64,000 nt of DNA, from assembly GCA_002633005.1 (NCBI GenBank), contig NMRA01000144.1, forward strand, positions 790,885 through 854,884, in the 5' to 3' direction. This document shows, in pieces, positions 25,135 through 39,453 of this stretch (the stretch's first letter is position 1; each line of letters begins with the position of its first letter). The notes beneath the pieces are model-generated. The model did no database searches and had not been told where the DNA came from. It saw only the letters and a program-made list of their open reading frames with translations. Origin of the DNA: Phoronis australis (taxonomy: Eukaryota; Animalia; Phoronida). Made by a program: the position numbers and the translations under genes.

Positions 25135-25410
25135 GCTTGATATTTGAGTTGAGGATTTTTAGATTAGTTTTCATGGAGTATGTTTTTGACTTCCAGGTTG
25201 GTTTCAGCGTGGCATACACTTGACGGGCCTTGTTAATACAGACCTTGATATCTTCCTCTGTTTCACCCTTAATGCTGATAGGTGAAGGACTGGACATCTA
25301 GCTCTTTCACGGCCACTGAGATTCTATGATTTTGCGCGGCATTTATGCGCGTCATCTTGGTTGTCTTGGCATTGATGTGCAGGCACATTACGGCGTTTTC
25401 TCGTTGAGCC
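25135..25410 (-). mobile_element. RTE-clade LINE fragment (RT C-terminal region)
   Basis: LHINAKTTKM...GETEEDIKVCINKARQVYATLKPTWKSKTYSMKTNLKILNSNIK. Confidence 0.8.
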
Positions 25411-25630
25411 TAAATTGTCCGATTATATAATCCAACAACAAGTTGGGAGGATGACCGCTGTACCCAGTATCGTACACGAATGATTAACTCTATTCTGGCA
25501 TTTATGGTTGGAGGGCCAGCCCTCTTTTGTTCGATATTTGCTCTAATGTTCGATAAGATCGTATCTAGCCTGACTGCAATTTCATTTCTTGTCAAAATGT
25601 ATTTTAAATTCTACCCTCTCCCTTATTCAG

Positions 25631-25827
25631 ATTCCTGTAAGGAACGCACTCAGCTATTTCAAAGTGCATATTCCAAACTTGGCCAGAAATGTGCCGAAAG
25701 TGGCTTCAACTTGAAGGTCACTGACCTGAACTGGAGGTCAAGCTTCAATCTTCAACAACAGGTGTCAGGCATGTGCCTCAAAGAAATCCAATGTTGCCAA
25801 GATTCTGCGTGTAAGGTGTTCTTTGTG
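25631..25827 (+). CDS. qui-1: NACHT/WD40 protein coding exon 3 (DUF4062-like)
   Basis: ttcag|AT TCC TGT AAG GAA CGC...TTT GTG|gtaagt; ERTQLFQSAYSKL...GFNLKVTDLNW...CLKEIQCCQ resembles the NWD N-terminal domain. Confidence 0.9.
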
Positions 25828-26865
25828 GTAAGTGTACATTTTTTCCTTTATGCTCAACTTCTGGCTCAAAAAATATAAATTTCTGAATTGTCCAAAAGGT
25901 AGAAAAGGTGTAGGACAGAGTTCCTCTTTCATGCCCACCCCCCCCCCTCATTTTGGGTCCTTCACTTAAAATATGTGGTTCCTCATCAGCTCTTAACCAA
26001 CAAGTGCCAAATGCATAATTTCGCATACCATGATCACAATGAGGGCAATTCCTAGCTGTTACTAGGAAATAGAAGTACTAAGACTCCTAAATAATCTGTT
26101 ACATTTCTAAGCTTTTACTGATTTAGTCCAAACAAATTATGGTATTTTCATTTCACAGCAAAGCTTGGTGGGTTTCAGCTGATTTAGTGCACACTTTATT
26201 GCCCCAAATCTAATGTACTGTGTATAACCTATTGTCCAGCTTAGCAGAAGACAGTCAATTGACTTTCAGAGTATTACTTTCTCAGGTCTAGAGGTCATTC
26301 CTAATTGTTGCTATTGTGGGATGTTGAACTGAAAGCAAATACACTATTCCAAGGATTTACAAATGGTGGTCATAATTAACAATACCACATAGTTTAATTC
26401 TTTTGATGTACAACTAAACTACATTTATTTACAAATAGAAACTTCACACGTTGACCAAATTAGATGTCAATAATTTTAAGGCAGCACTCCTCTCCTAGTC
26501 ATGTTGAACTACTTTATTCGAGGATTAACAGGTTAACAGGAAAAACTGCTATTCGGTAGTTAGGTGGTGATGAAACATGAAGACTAACTTATGACTAGCT
26601 TCAAGGGGAATGAGAAAATCTAAGCAACAGATGAAGTGGTTCGGTAAGCGAGAGCTGACTTCTAAGTTTCCATCAAAATCTGCCATTGTCTTGGCATTTC
26701 AAGCTCACAAATAAAAGCAAAAGATAGCAATCCCTCAGGAAACAAAACAAAAGTAGACTGTAGTATTATAAATAAAATGCCGAAAACAGTTATGAAACAC
26801 ATTTCAAACCAACGATCATTTGGGAAAGGCCCTTTATCAAGATGAACCCAATTTAAGGCCTACCA

Positions 26866-28366
26866 TTTTTATGCGCCCACATATTTATGTGTGGACGCAT
26901 TATGCTGTCATCTTCGTCCGTCCGTCCGTCCGTCCGCCCGGGCGGCGTCCGCTGCTCTATCTCCAAAACCCTTTGACATACGTTCATGAAATTTGGCACA
27001 TATGTTCCATTTATGAATCGGACGGCATGTGCGAACTTTCGGACGGATCCGACTACCGGTGTGCCCCCCTAGTGGCAATTTTAGTTTTTTACGCTAACCT
27101 TTGTATCTTCAAAAGTTTTGAATGGATTTTCATGAAATTTGGTATGTAGGCACCTATTAGTGAGATGACGCTATCCTCGTGTTTTCGGATGGATTCGACA
27201 TAGTTTGCGCCACCTAGTGGCCATTTTTAGTGTTTTCGAGTCTGTTTTTGTGCGTCCACCCCTCTATCAACCAAACCGCTCAAAGGATGATTGTGAAAAT
27301 TGGCATGTATATGCTTACTATGTAGAGCACGGTTGACGATGATTTTCCGAGGATTTCGACTACTGTGGCGCCTCCTAGTGGCCGTTTTGTTTTTTTTTTG
27401 CGCCTATGGCTGTATCTCCTAAACCGTTCTCAGGATCTTTACGAAATTGGGTAAGTGTATTTATATGATGTTAAAAACGGAAGATTACGACTTTTGGACG
27501 GATCCGCCTACCAGTGTGCCCCCTAGTGGCAATTTTATTTTTTACGTTTACCTCTGTATCTTCACAAGTCCTTAACGGATTTTCATGAAATTTGGTATGT
27601 AGGCACCTATTAGTGCGATGACGCTCTCCTCCCGTTTTCGGATGGATTCGACCTAGTTTGCGACATCCAGTGGCCATTTTTACTGTTTTTGAGTCTGTTT
27701 TTTGGCGTCCACCCCTCTATCAACCAAACCGCTATAAGTATGATTGTGAAAATTGGCTTGTATGTTCTTACTATGAAGAGGACGATTGACGCTGAATTTC
27801 CCATGACTTTGATTACTGTGGCACCTCCTAGTCTCAGTTTTTTTTTGCGCCCATGGCTGTATCTCCCAAACCGTTTGCAGGATCTTTACTAAATTTAGCA
27901 AGTGTATTTCTGTGACGGACGATGACGACTTTAGGATGATTCTGACTACCGGTATGCCTCTAGTGGCAATTTTAGTATTTTACATTGACCTCTGTATTTT
28001 CATAGGTCTTCAGGTGTATACTTTGTGTTTCTTCGTGACTATGAAGGAAAAGTTCCAAGTAGAAATTTGTTTCTGGCATTCTAATGCTGTGCTAATCTCG
28101 TATGTTGGTAAATTTGTTTTTAATTCTATGTTTCTGTGGTGCTTTAAGCAACTGATGTATAGGATGTGCTTGTATTATGAAGATCACTCACATTTTGCCC
28201 CTAGCCTATTGAGGAGACAATGACCATGCCTTTCCATTTTGCAAAGTACAACATACTACATATATGCCCTCTACTGGCCACTTTATGGTACCAATAAACA
28301 ACCCTAGAAGGATACCGTATACGGTGCAATTGTGGGCGCATTTCAACGCTCTGCGTTGCTCTTGTT
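26866..28366 (+). mobile_element. Helentron-associated non-autonomous element (HINE/DINE-1-like) with internal tandem array
   Basis: T-run, then subTIR atgcgcccaca with adjacent inverted copy, (CGTC)n microsatellite, ~450-bp higher-order units built from ~150-bp subunits, 3' subTIR tgtgggcgcat (28331-28341), stem-loop caacgc-tct-gcgttg, ending cttgtt. Confidence 0.85.
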
Positions 28367-30459
28367 AATTATTTTGTAATATCAAAAATGTCACCTAACT
28401 CGTATTTCCGACATTTCAAGCTGTGACTGTGGAGGTATAATAAAAACCACAACTATTGAGAAAGTAGTGTTAGCGACTATTGAGAAAGTAGTGTTAGCGA
28501 TTACCTTTCCGCTTCATTAGCTTGGATACAAAAGTTACTTTCATACTAACAAGTACTCCGTTATGAGTGGAGCATCGACGTAAACTGCGAAGGTAATTGA
28601 ATCATTCATACCAGCTTCAGTAGTTTACGGTGTCGAAGTAAAGGGTAGGTGACACTGTCATCTACGAAGCAATCGCAAGGTTAAACGCTGATGCATCCTG
28701 TGCATGCTAATTTTTTTTTTTTAAATATGTGTGCTAATTGACGTAAAACTTGTTTTCAATTCGATTGGTGATTATTCGAGTAAAATATAAGCAACTATTA
28801 ATGACAACACTCCCCTTTAATTGTTGACGATAGCAGTGGCTCCTGGCAATTATACTTCGATGAGACCGAAGTTGACCGTTCATACCACACCGCTGTTAAA
28901 TCCACCTCATTGCGAAGTTAGGCTCTGTTAACCTCGATACAGATCTGAAGTTGGCCGATCATACTGACCGCAACTCCCCAAACGTCAGCATTAGCACTCA
29001 AGGGCCTTAAGGGCATGCTGAACAGGCATCATAAAAGTTGTGTGAGAGTAAAGGGGATCTCAGCACTGATCAGTTTAAGCAAGAAATGCTCCATATGCGG
29101 TGATCTTGTTCACCAAGCAGTAATTGATTTAACCATTCATATATTCCTCTGATTCCTTGACACAAGTTGCAGTAAAGGAGAAGATGGGTGATCATGAGGC
29201 CAGTAAAGACAAAAATTCTTTACAGTGAATAAAAATTTTTACTTGATTGCCCAAATGAATATTCAATTCCAAGTTCACGCATACACGATCTTGAGATTAA
29301 ACAGGATTCCAAGTTTGTGCACAGCAGAACAATTATATCGTGCATACTATAATAGGGGCAGAGCGAATCCTTAAATGTCATAATTTATGGTGAATAACCT
29401 CAATGAGGAAGTATGTGCTTTTAGTCAAATTATCAAAAGACTTCCAAAATTGTACTGAGAAAAGGTACGTATTTTCTGAAATTAGAAAGACTGTAGAATT
29501 GAGTTTTTTACTTAACCCAAATCTTTATTTACGTGACCATGTTTTCTTTTACTTAAATTTAGCAAAAAACAATGTTTCAGGAAAGATAAAGCATTTATCA
29601 GCATGGCCAAATTTCATTTCACAACCATGAACAAATCTCAAAATCACTTTTCCAATTGTCCTTTTTTCTTTTTTGCAGCTTTTAAGGTGAAAACCGATAT
29701 TTTCATACAAATCATGAAAGCCTCAATTTTGGCGGAGTTTTATTCAAAAAACAAGCCTGTTTATCAGCAGCCTGGATAACAACATTGATAGCATAGTATC
29801 TGAAAGTTTCATTTGAATCCGATTTGCTGTTGTTGAAATATGGCATTGGCAAAACTTTGAAATTTTCATCACTCATAACCATTAGCTAAACATCTACTTT
29901 TATCTCGCAGGTAAAGGAGATAATATTGAAATTATGTACAGTGTAAACAGCAGTACTGTTAACGTGTAGGCAAATTTGGATTTAAAATTTCCCGGCCACT
30001 TAGAAATCAAAGTGATGTGACATTCAATGGCCAATCACAAAAGAAACACACGAGATTGTTAATTTTGATATATTTCATTTAAAATGAAACGTTTTTACAA
30101 ACATAACTCACTTCTTGAGCAAAGTTGAGGATAGCACACTAGGTTTTACAAATATGGCACATGAGTATCTTTTTCAAAATCACTGTGAAGACAGAATGTA
30201 CACGATATAATAAAAATTCAATACTTATTAAAGTGCCTTCTTAATACGGACATACACATAAAAATAGAAAAGCTGGTATTGTCAAGCTGCATAAGCTGTC
30301 TATCCTGTCCAAAATGACGAGGGACCATTATCCTAAATGCAGTGTCACACCTCATAAACAAAAAGATTTCTACTAGGGCTGCTACGCAGTTACTAACAAT
30401 GTTCCACTGGAAGAAGTTAAACTAACACTTCATATGGAGACTTGCATGTCTGTTATAAT

Positions 30460-30465
30460 ATATAC

Positions 30466-30496
<31 letters not shown>

Positions 30497-30507
30497 TATA
30501 TATATAT
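30460..30507. repeat. (TA)n/(TACATA)n microsatellite
   Basis: Direct inspection. Confidence 0.9.
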
Positions 30508-30789
30508 GAAATAAAATATCAACAAATTAAATACTACAGAACACAAATATACGGCAGGACATCCAGTCCTGGAATAATCATGCCTCTAAATGTCCCATAA
30601 AATACATTACATTCAACACCGAGTACACAAATCAGGTAAGCAAGCTTAAAGTAGCTTGGTCTACAAAATATGGTTCACAGTAAGAAGACCTGGGTCAACA
30701 CTATATCAGATCATTTTTCATCGAATCTATAGAGAATCGAAAGGACACATTTTTGTCTGCGATGCCAGGAAACGGTGGGTATTTAAGCC

Positions 30790-30926
30790 CAGGGCTTTTG
30801 TTTCATGAAAGTTTAAGTCTAAAAACGTTTCAGTACTGTTCAACACTGTGCAATGTGACGTGATAGAATGATAGTATTGTTATTTTGGTCTAAGTTAAGA
30901 CTAAAATAGTTTTGTGAAACAGAGCA
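30790..30926. mobile_element. Small degenerate MITE
   Basis: gcttttgtttcatgaaag ... gttttgtgaaacagagc imperfect TIRs. Confidence 0.35.
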
Positions 30927-32152
30927 TTAATATATACATAATAATACCTCATGTGATTTATGCTGGTATTACTGACCACCAAGTAATATGATCTGCACTT
31001 TAGACATCTGTAATTATGTAAGAGTCAACCCATAGGCTATTACAATCTAGGGTCAAACATACAGTGCTATTGTGTTCTGAGCAGGTTTTCACGAGGAAAT
31101 TTTAGGTTTGTTTGGTACTGTAATTTTGAGTGAAATAAGGTTTACTGTGTTAATGGAAAGTTCCAAGATTTGGAAATCGGAAATTAATAATCTTGTTAAA
31201 ATAATTTAGACACTATTGATAAACTGAGGTAATTTAGGTACCTAAATGTGCAGAGTTAGCCCCAGTGATTTTACAGGACACTCTTTTTAAAACTTTGGCA
31301 TATTCTTGTTGTTTACTAGTAGCCTGGGTAGTGTTAGCTCCTGGTATCCTGTGGCAAACAAGCCTACCTATCCAGCAAATGATGATTGTTAGATTGGAGT
31401 GACTGTCGTAGACACCATCGCACTAAAATAAACAATAAATATACTAAAATAGTAAAATTAAAATAAAACTACGTTATGCCTTTTTTGATCTTGGAAGCAC
31501 ACGGGTGTGGATTTCGTTGACGAAACTACTCGTCATCAGGCGATCCTGGGAAACGGACAATGTAGCAATCAGGTGTAACAACCTCATCGATTACTGCATC
31601 CGCCCATCTGCCGGCAGTTCGACCACTGCCTGCATCTTCTTGATGGACGTAAATACCACCATTGTAGCCGTCTATTCAAAGATGATCATGCGTGGACATG
31701 CCCGAGCACAACACTACCTCAATTAATGCGTGGTTGTAATAGTTTCATAAAAATTATGTCAACACAACGAAATATGGAAAAGGATGTGATACTATTCGAC
31801 AAGAATCTTTTCTGTCTTTTAAACATATGTTTTGCTAATTTCTTTAAACTTGTTGAACAGAATGATTTTAACGAGTTGAAAAGTATAGGTAAATATTCAT
31901 TCGCAGTCAGGGCCGGAGCCGAAGTGCTTTGAAAAATGCATCAACAAACAACAAATTCAAAAGTGTAAGGTATGGTTTTGCAGTATTTTTCACCAGGAAT
32001 GACCAGTGACCTCAGACTAAAAGTTAAGAAGTTGTGTTTTTACCACTGAAAACAATTAGGCTGAACTAATAGACATTGATGGTTGAAATGCTTTAATTTG
32101 CAAGATTCTGAAGTTGTTATGTTGGCTAAAGTGTTTGTTTTGAACCTTGTAG

Positions 32153-32426
32153 ATATTTCTTAATGACAAGTATGGTTCGACATGTCCCCTTTCCTTTGCC
32201 TCATCTGATATGGATGGACTTCTGTCATCATTGAGCTCGGAGGATTCAGAGATGGTTGGCCAGTTCTACAAACAAGATCTGAACTGTAGTCCTCCGTCAT
32301 ATGTTCTACAGACACCAGCGGAAGCTGGTGTAGCCGAGGATGACTGGCAGGAAAACATGGACAAACTGATGAAGATATTGCAGCAAGGTCTTTCACAGGA
32401 AATGAGAAATCAATACCTTCTCTCAG
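32153..32426 (+). CDS. qui-1: NACHT/WD40 protein coding exon 4
   Basis: tgtag|ATA TTT CTT AAT GAC AAG TAT GGT (IFLNDKYG, cf. NWD LGxKYG)...CTC TCA G|gtgatt. Confidence 0.9.
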
Positions 32427-33092
32427 GTGATTGTATTTTCCAATTGCATTACAGGCGGTGATTAATAAACGAACCTCTTGTTAACTGTGTCTATTTAGAA
32501 GCTTTTGGTTACCCTTGGTTGGGCTTGTATTTGGGTAATTGATGGTGAGCATAGTTGCTATGGCAATGCTTTATGTATGTAGGTACATAATTATTTATAA
32601 AGTTAATTGTTGTGTCTTATGTGATTGATTTAGTTGATTGATTGAGTGATTTATTTTATTTGTACATACAACACAACAAGCGATGAAGTAATATAAAATA
32701 CAAAGCCGTAAAAACAAAGGATATTTATCTAAAAGATGATGCTGGCGAGGATAACCAAGTTAAATGTGATCCACGGTATGTAGATAATAAAGGCAAATAA
32801 TAGCTGGTAATAGTGTTGAAATAAACTGATAGAAGTGTATAAAAATGATCAAACATTTAATGATAATAAACAAAATAATAGGGGTTGGAATAGGTTCCGT
32901 GGCTGCACATTTACATTCTTGCTGTCATCTCCTGTCCTGTGGACCAGCAAACACCAAACTCGCAGTTCGTACCATACTTCATCCCATATTCCGCGGCCTC
33001 ACTGAAAACACTCACCAGCTAGAGCCCAAACTGTACAGTATACCCGTGGACTACTGCCCTGTTGCATCAACAGTTCGAAGCAGGAATTCAAT

Positions 33093-33860
33093 TAAGTTCA
33101 TTACAGCGTTCTGTCGGTCAGTAACTTTTCCAGACGTGAGTGGTGCTGAACGTGCGATAACATCTGGCTCTTTTGTTAACTGCTCAGCTCTGTCTTTTTT
33201 CCCGTATGATAACAAGCAGGCCAATTATCTCCCAGGCTTCAAAGGAAACGTATGGTGGTTGCACGCTATTACCGAACGCGTATGTACACTCAAACCCAGT
33301 GCGGCGTTGGTAATCCGTTTGGACAGAATAGGTTGTCTTAACTTTTGATCAGCATTTGACGAGGAATTCAGAAATGCTATTGGTTTAAGCTCAAATATGT
33401 TATAACTTAACTTTCATTTTTATCAGCCCAGCCCAGTCAGGCTAGATACGATCTGATTGGAGATTAGAGCAATTATCGCGCGCAGGCCCTCCAATCATAA
33501 ATGCCAGAATGGAGTTAATCAGTCATGTAAGATATTGGCTATGGTGGTAAACTTCCAAACTAGTTGTTGTTGGGCTGTAGAATCGAACAAGTTGGGAGCA
33601 ACAGGATATCGCCGTCATGTCTCTTAGTCATCTGCATATTTCTGTCGTTGTTTATTCACAAATATAATGTTTTTCTATCATTCTATTTTCATTATTATCT
33701 CATCTTTGAACTGCATTATTGTCTAATTGAGCCCTACTTGTTATCGTACGGGACAAAAGACTGAGCTGGGCAGTTAACAAAAGAGCCAGATGTTATCGCA
33801 CGTTCAGCACCCCTCATGTCTGGAAAAGTTACTGAATGACAGAACGCTGTAATGAACTTA
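33093..33860. repeat. Inverted repeat pair, ~128-bp arms (33093-33222 and 33733-33860)
   Basis: taagttcattacagcgttctgtc...gtgctgaacgtgcgataacatctggctcttttgttaactgc versus its reverse complement at 33768-33860. Confidence 0.85.
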
Positions 33861-34557
33861 GTCCTGATTTGGGGATGGTGCCTGAGAATATCTTTATTTA
33901 TTTTCAATAATATTAAGAATTCAATGTTGAGTTTGCACTTTGTGTATCAAAGCCATAATTGAAAATAAAACAGCAGAAAGGACAGTGTTTTCACAATTCC
34001 ACAATGATGTGGTGAAAAGTTTAAAGGAACATTTAACTAATTCCGTATTTGGACTGTTGCATATGCAACCGGTTACACTCATTAATTCCACACTCATACT
34101 GAAGCCTAGGTGTCGAAATTCGTACTGCGGGTATAGTGTTTGTTGATCCTGGGTGTCGGGGATTGAAGCTGGACGTTAGTGGCGCGGCCTGAGTTGGAAC
34201 CATTTCTACAACCTGAATAACAAAATTAGGTAAAAGTATGAAGCAACGGGAATTGATGATGTAATTGAACTAGATTGTAAAAGTTAGATATGAAGTCAGA
34301 GCTGTTGTATCTTCATGTGTCTTTATAAAATTAAGCTCTGTATAATATAATGACAAATGTTATGTTATTTAATACTGTACTGAAGGGGAATGCCTACAGT
34401 TTTGGTATTCTGTTTCACTATTGAAGTATTCAATAATAATATATAATAACTTTATTTGAACAAAAGGCTACCAACCCACAGTTCACGGTATTATATACAA
34501 ATATTATTCATGCTTACACACTCATGAAAGATTTAATATTTCGTTTCTCATCATTGC

Positions 34558-34598
34558 CTTTTTATGCGCCCACATATTTATATGTGGACGCATTATGT
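34558..34598 (+). mobile_element. Solo 5' end of the same HINE family
   Basis: tttttatgcgcccacatatttatatgtggacgcattatg is nearly identical to 26866-26904. Confidence 0.8.
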
Positions 34599-37500
34599 AT
34601 ATACATTGAAGTATTTTTATGAGCACTTGCTGTTGTCGAGTTAAAAAGAGACCTGATATCATGACAGAGTGGTATGATCTACTCGTTCTGGGCAACGTAA
34701 CATGAAGTGCTCTTCTGTTTCAACCTCTCCTATGTTACAAGTGTTACAAGTTCTTTCACTTCGGGGAATAAATTCTTCTGCTGTTTTCTAATATGTGAGT
34801 GGAACCTCCAACGTTCGCATTCTAAAATATCTGCTGCTGCGTCATCTCCTCCGCAAGACAACTCCGACTAATTCCTCTATAAAATTTGCACTTGTATTTT
34901 GTACTACTAACAACCAACTTTGAAAGCTAACATCTATCAGCCTTTGTTTGAATTCCGACAAAAAATTGTGTTCATCACCGTTCCTGGTTCAACCATATAT
35001 ATGACCGAAACCTGTTGTATACAACAAATTTTAATGCTAGGTACTGTTCCACTGGCGTTGACTATGCATGCAGCATGTTATAATTATCTAATATGCATCA
35101 GTCTTGGCAGGACAAGGTGGAAGTAATTACCAGGAGGGTGCTTGCTCAGTTACAAACACAGGCTTATAATCCTTTTCACCATATTTTTAGTAGGTGTAGG
35201 GTGTATAGTGTGGACCCTTGGCTGAAATAGGTAACGGTTGCTCAGGGGCATGTTATTCTATGGTAACTCATGGTGTGGACTTAGGATTTGTACTTAGCTT
35301 GGAGGTTCTTGACTATATTTTTAAGAAGGGGTTCAACTCATACCCCCAATTAGACATTGGAGGGGAACAGATTTGCAAGAAGTTTTCATGAAACACACCC
35401 TTACGTATAGTTTTTTTTTTCAACAATGCTCTCCTTTTGTAGGGTTTATTCCATAAAACTAACCATTTTCCTCCCTGTCTCTGCGGAATTTATTACCCAT
35501 AAAGCCTGAAACAGTTCAGAAGTAGTTTAAAATGAGTACATCTTTTCCAAGCAAACCTGGTGTTGATTCGTGTAATTGGAAATTCTAACTTTTAGCAGAA
35601 AATCAAGCTCCTTTTGTGTAGAATGAAATTAAAAAGGACTTTTTGGAGGAAACTTGGTCAGAAAAGGCACCCTTTTGTAGGGAATGGGGTTGTGTAAAGC
35701 CCTAATTGAAATGTCCTGTTTACCTCTTCCGTTGGAGTTCCCTCGGGCCTCAAGGGCTTAGACTGCATGATATTATTCACTTGATAGCTTATATAATTTT
35801 ATTTATTTATTTATTTATTCATTTTATTCTTATATGTTGTGTAAGTATTTTACTTTTCAAGTCCAGAGAATTTGCAAAATAGGTTCAGTTTTTGCAGGAG
35901 ACCACATAGCCCCATGAACACAGGCTAAAACCTGAAACAATTGATTTATTGCAATTTTATCTTGCCAGACAATCCGTCGACTTGAAAATGGAGGATTACT
36001 AAATCCAATTGCATGTTGCCAATCAGTTACAGAAACAGATCACACGGCTGTCACTCCTCTTCAATAATTTCACTTAGTCCAATAATGACATTATAGTGTC
36101 AGAAAGTTAATTTAGAACACACAAGGTATTTGATGTTAAGGAAAAACATGAACGCTGACTGAAGAAAAATTACTAAAAATGAAGTCACGCTCTATCAGTG
36201 GCTTCACTATGGATCTCATGCTTTTCATTTATGTGGGAATCGTGTGTCCACTGTGTGGTTCAGCTCTAAAACACAAAGTGCAGACTGCACAGATTGTTAT
36301 ACATTATTGGGTTGCGTAAAATGTTAGAAGTCATCTACCGGATAACTCGGGGTCCGAAGTTTTATCTGTATACTCGAAATTGAAATTGAAATTATAAATT
36401 TGGCATTTTCCACTCTACTTATGTACGAAAAAGTGTCCGTTATTCTGTGCTTGCGCACCCTGTGGTTTGAGATTCAAGCTACGAATTTGAGTAAAAACTC
36501 CAAATTTCAAGTTCATACTTGCACTGGTTCAACCTTAATGCTGGGGTCATCAAGTGCAAACTAGGATTAGACCATTATCCATTTATGTCATTAGATATTC
36601 AACCATACCACAAAAGCAGAATTAAGACGATGTCAAAGGTAGTTTTGAGTTTGATTTTGAGTAGAAAGATTAGGTGACGGGTCATGATTGCTGCATAACG
36701 TGAAGTGTATGATGTGTAACAGTCACAATGTCAAATGTGGTAATGAGATGGCATTGGTTGATAACCAGGCTATGATTATTCATAATAATAGTAAAAATAG
36801 TAATAAATTTATTAGAATCACATCAGTACAAACAAGTAAAAGGAAAACATAAAAACATAAGACAAAAAATACGTAAAAGTGCCAGACACGGATAACATAA
36901 AAACTCAGACTTATTTCCATTATGGTCCGTAAAAAAGATGAGGTGATTGGGAAACTTTTCTGCACTGCATTAAATTGAGTGTTTCGGTCTAAATTAAGGA
37001 ATTTTTGCCATGATCATAAATGCTCCTTTATTTTACTCAGACAGTGGCACATTTGATAATTATCTTTAAACTGAACTTTACTGTGCCTTGAAAAGTGCCC
37101 TAGTCCCTTTTAACAACTGTGAGTCACAATCATGGCTTTAGTATGTTCATTTTGAATTTGATGTTAATCACGGTTTCCCTCTCCCTTGGGTCGAGCAATT
37201 ATGGGTTGTTCTCAGCTATGTTACTTTCAGTTAAACTGTATTGACTGTCTGATTAACAAGTAAAATCCCATGGATTTTAAGACTTTTCTTTTAAAACCTA
37301 ATTACGTCTCACGTTGTTTTGTCTGGAATTGGGTATTTTGCATTGGTTAGGAATGTCTTAATATTCAGTCTTCAATGAGTCACAACATGCTATAATTTAA
37401 AGACCTCCACCAAGCCACGTTTTATGTACTCTTGAGATGAGTCGGATATTTCTCATTAAGAAAGGTAATCAGTTCTTCTTTGGTTCGTAAATGTTCCTTA

Positions 37501-39090
37501 TAAAATGAAAAACTTAATTCAATGTTTATACATGAATGATGATAATAAATTCATCTATTAATTCTGCATACATGCTTGGTTTTCAGGTGAAACTTAAATC
37601 AGCTGAAACGTACATTCTCTCACACGTTTCAACTGTATTCTAAACTTAAAAATAGTCCAGGGCAACATTTTTGACCTGAGCAGAACCCCAATTATAATAT
37701 TCATAAATCGGGCTACCAGATTTTTTGATTTGATGAAAAAAACTGGTCGAAAATGGAAGTTGCTTAACATAATTGTATGACTTGGTGAAATCGTGGTTGT
37801 GATGTAGTAACATCATTTTTAAAATCTATTGGTCTGTTTACACAGACTCTACCCTCTCTGCACATTGGCGCGACAGTTCGGATGATCTCCAGTCAGATGT
37901 TGCAGTGTCATTAGAACAATAGGCATGGGTGCATGTTACACTCATGGTGGACATAGGGAGTGTATTGGAATTAGGAATATAAAACCTTAAGGTGGCCAGA
38001 GAAATGACCAAGAGAAACATACCAATAAGTAAATATGCTTTATCTGAATAGACCATTAGATTTTAGAAAATTATGTAATCATGGCTGTTTATGAGAGGGA
38101 AATGTGTAAAGTGGGAGGAATGAGCTGTATGTTGTTTGAGCTCATTGGTTGGAGTAACTCATCTCTGTAATTACCACTCATAATTCACAGTGAACAAAAT
38201 GCTCGTGGCTCTGACTAATCACCCATCCATGTAGTGTATCATTAACAAAATAATTTTCTGCTGAAGTCCCCTGTGAACATGGTAATTCAAAAAGTTTTAA
38301 TGATTGTGTATATTAAATGTTTGTGTGGTCAAAAATTGTGATTGTTTGCTACATTTTTTATTTGTCATGCGGACTGAAATTTCAACAGTTTTCAAACTCG
38401 GTTCACTCCAGCTTTTAAAACATCTTTAGCCTGATAAATTGAATGTCAGCATAGATCTGATTGTTGTTGTGGGCTAAGATAGTTCTTCAATTATTTCGCA
38501 CAAAAATAATTCCCAAAAATTGTAATTTTTCAAAGCCAGATAACCCCGCTGCAAATGATCAAAATTTCATCCGAAGTTACTTTATATTAGACCAAATTTT
38601 TGTCAATGTTTAATTTTGTTCAAAATTTGACTATATTAAAATTTTCTTGTTAGCCAGTTAATGGTATGACAAATAAGTGAGGAATTATCGTATATCTTGA
38701 ATGTTGCCGAATTCTTCTTTCGTCATGTCCTTATTGTGTTTCAGGCTTTACCTGTCATCAGATCAGGATTTTATATTTCCACAGAGAGCATAGAATAAGT
38801 CAGAATTGTTAGTCTTTTTTCATGTTATATGATGGTCACATTATGTGACCTAGAGTTAGGTCTGAAAGCATATCTGTCCCGACACACTGATTTATAACAG
38901 CACAATGCATAGAATGTTTTTCGGTGAACGGTTGTGAAGAAAATCAAAAGAATTTAAAGGTAACACAAGTTTCTGCCTTGCGTAAAGATCATTTTGCTGT
39001 ATGTACTGTGCAACATCATCATGAATTTCTACCTGTTGTCACAAATCATTCTGTTAATATTGATTTTTATTTTTATTGATTTTGTTATAG

Positions 39091-39453
39091 ACTTTGATAG
39101 AACCATCACTGAAGGAATTCTCAACCAAGGTATCCCAGCAACCAATATCATTCTCATAACTCGGCAGTTCACTGGTGTGCCTGATGATGTTGATGACGCA
39201 TGGCTGAAATGTCACAAGAACTTCATCTGTCAAGAGGTCGATATCGTGTCAGACGAACTCCTCACAAATCTCAAATCCAAGCTGAAAATGAAGACTGTTG
39301 GAGACAATGTTCTGGAGTTTGAAACCCCGTGGAATGACTCTGGAGTAGATGAATCGTATTTGGCATCTTTGGATGAACGGTTCTTTGAACTGGCCAGTAA
39401 ACACATTGCTGATGCTGTAGAAGAAAAGAAAGCTCAAAACAATAACTTATGTG
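39091..39453 (+). CDS. qui-1: NACHT/WD40 protein coding exon 5
   Basis: tatag|AC TTT GAT AGA...TTA TGT G|gtaggt; DFDRTITEGILN...LTNLKSKLK...YLASLDERF; phase 1/1. Confidence 0.9.
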
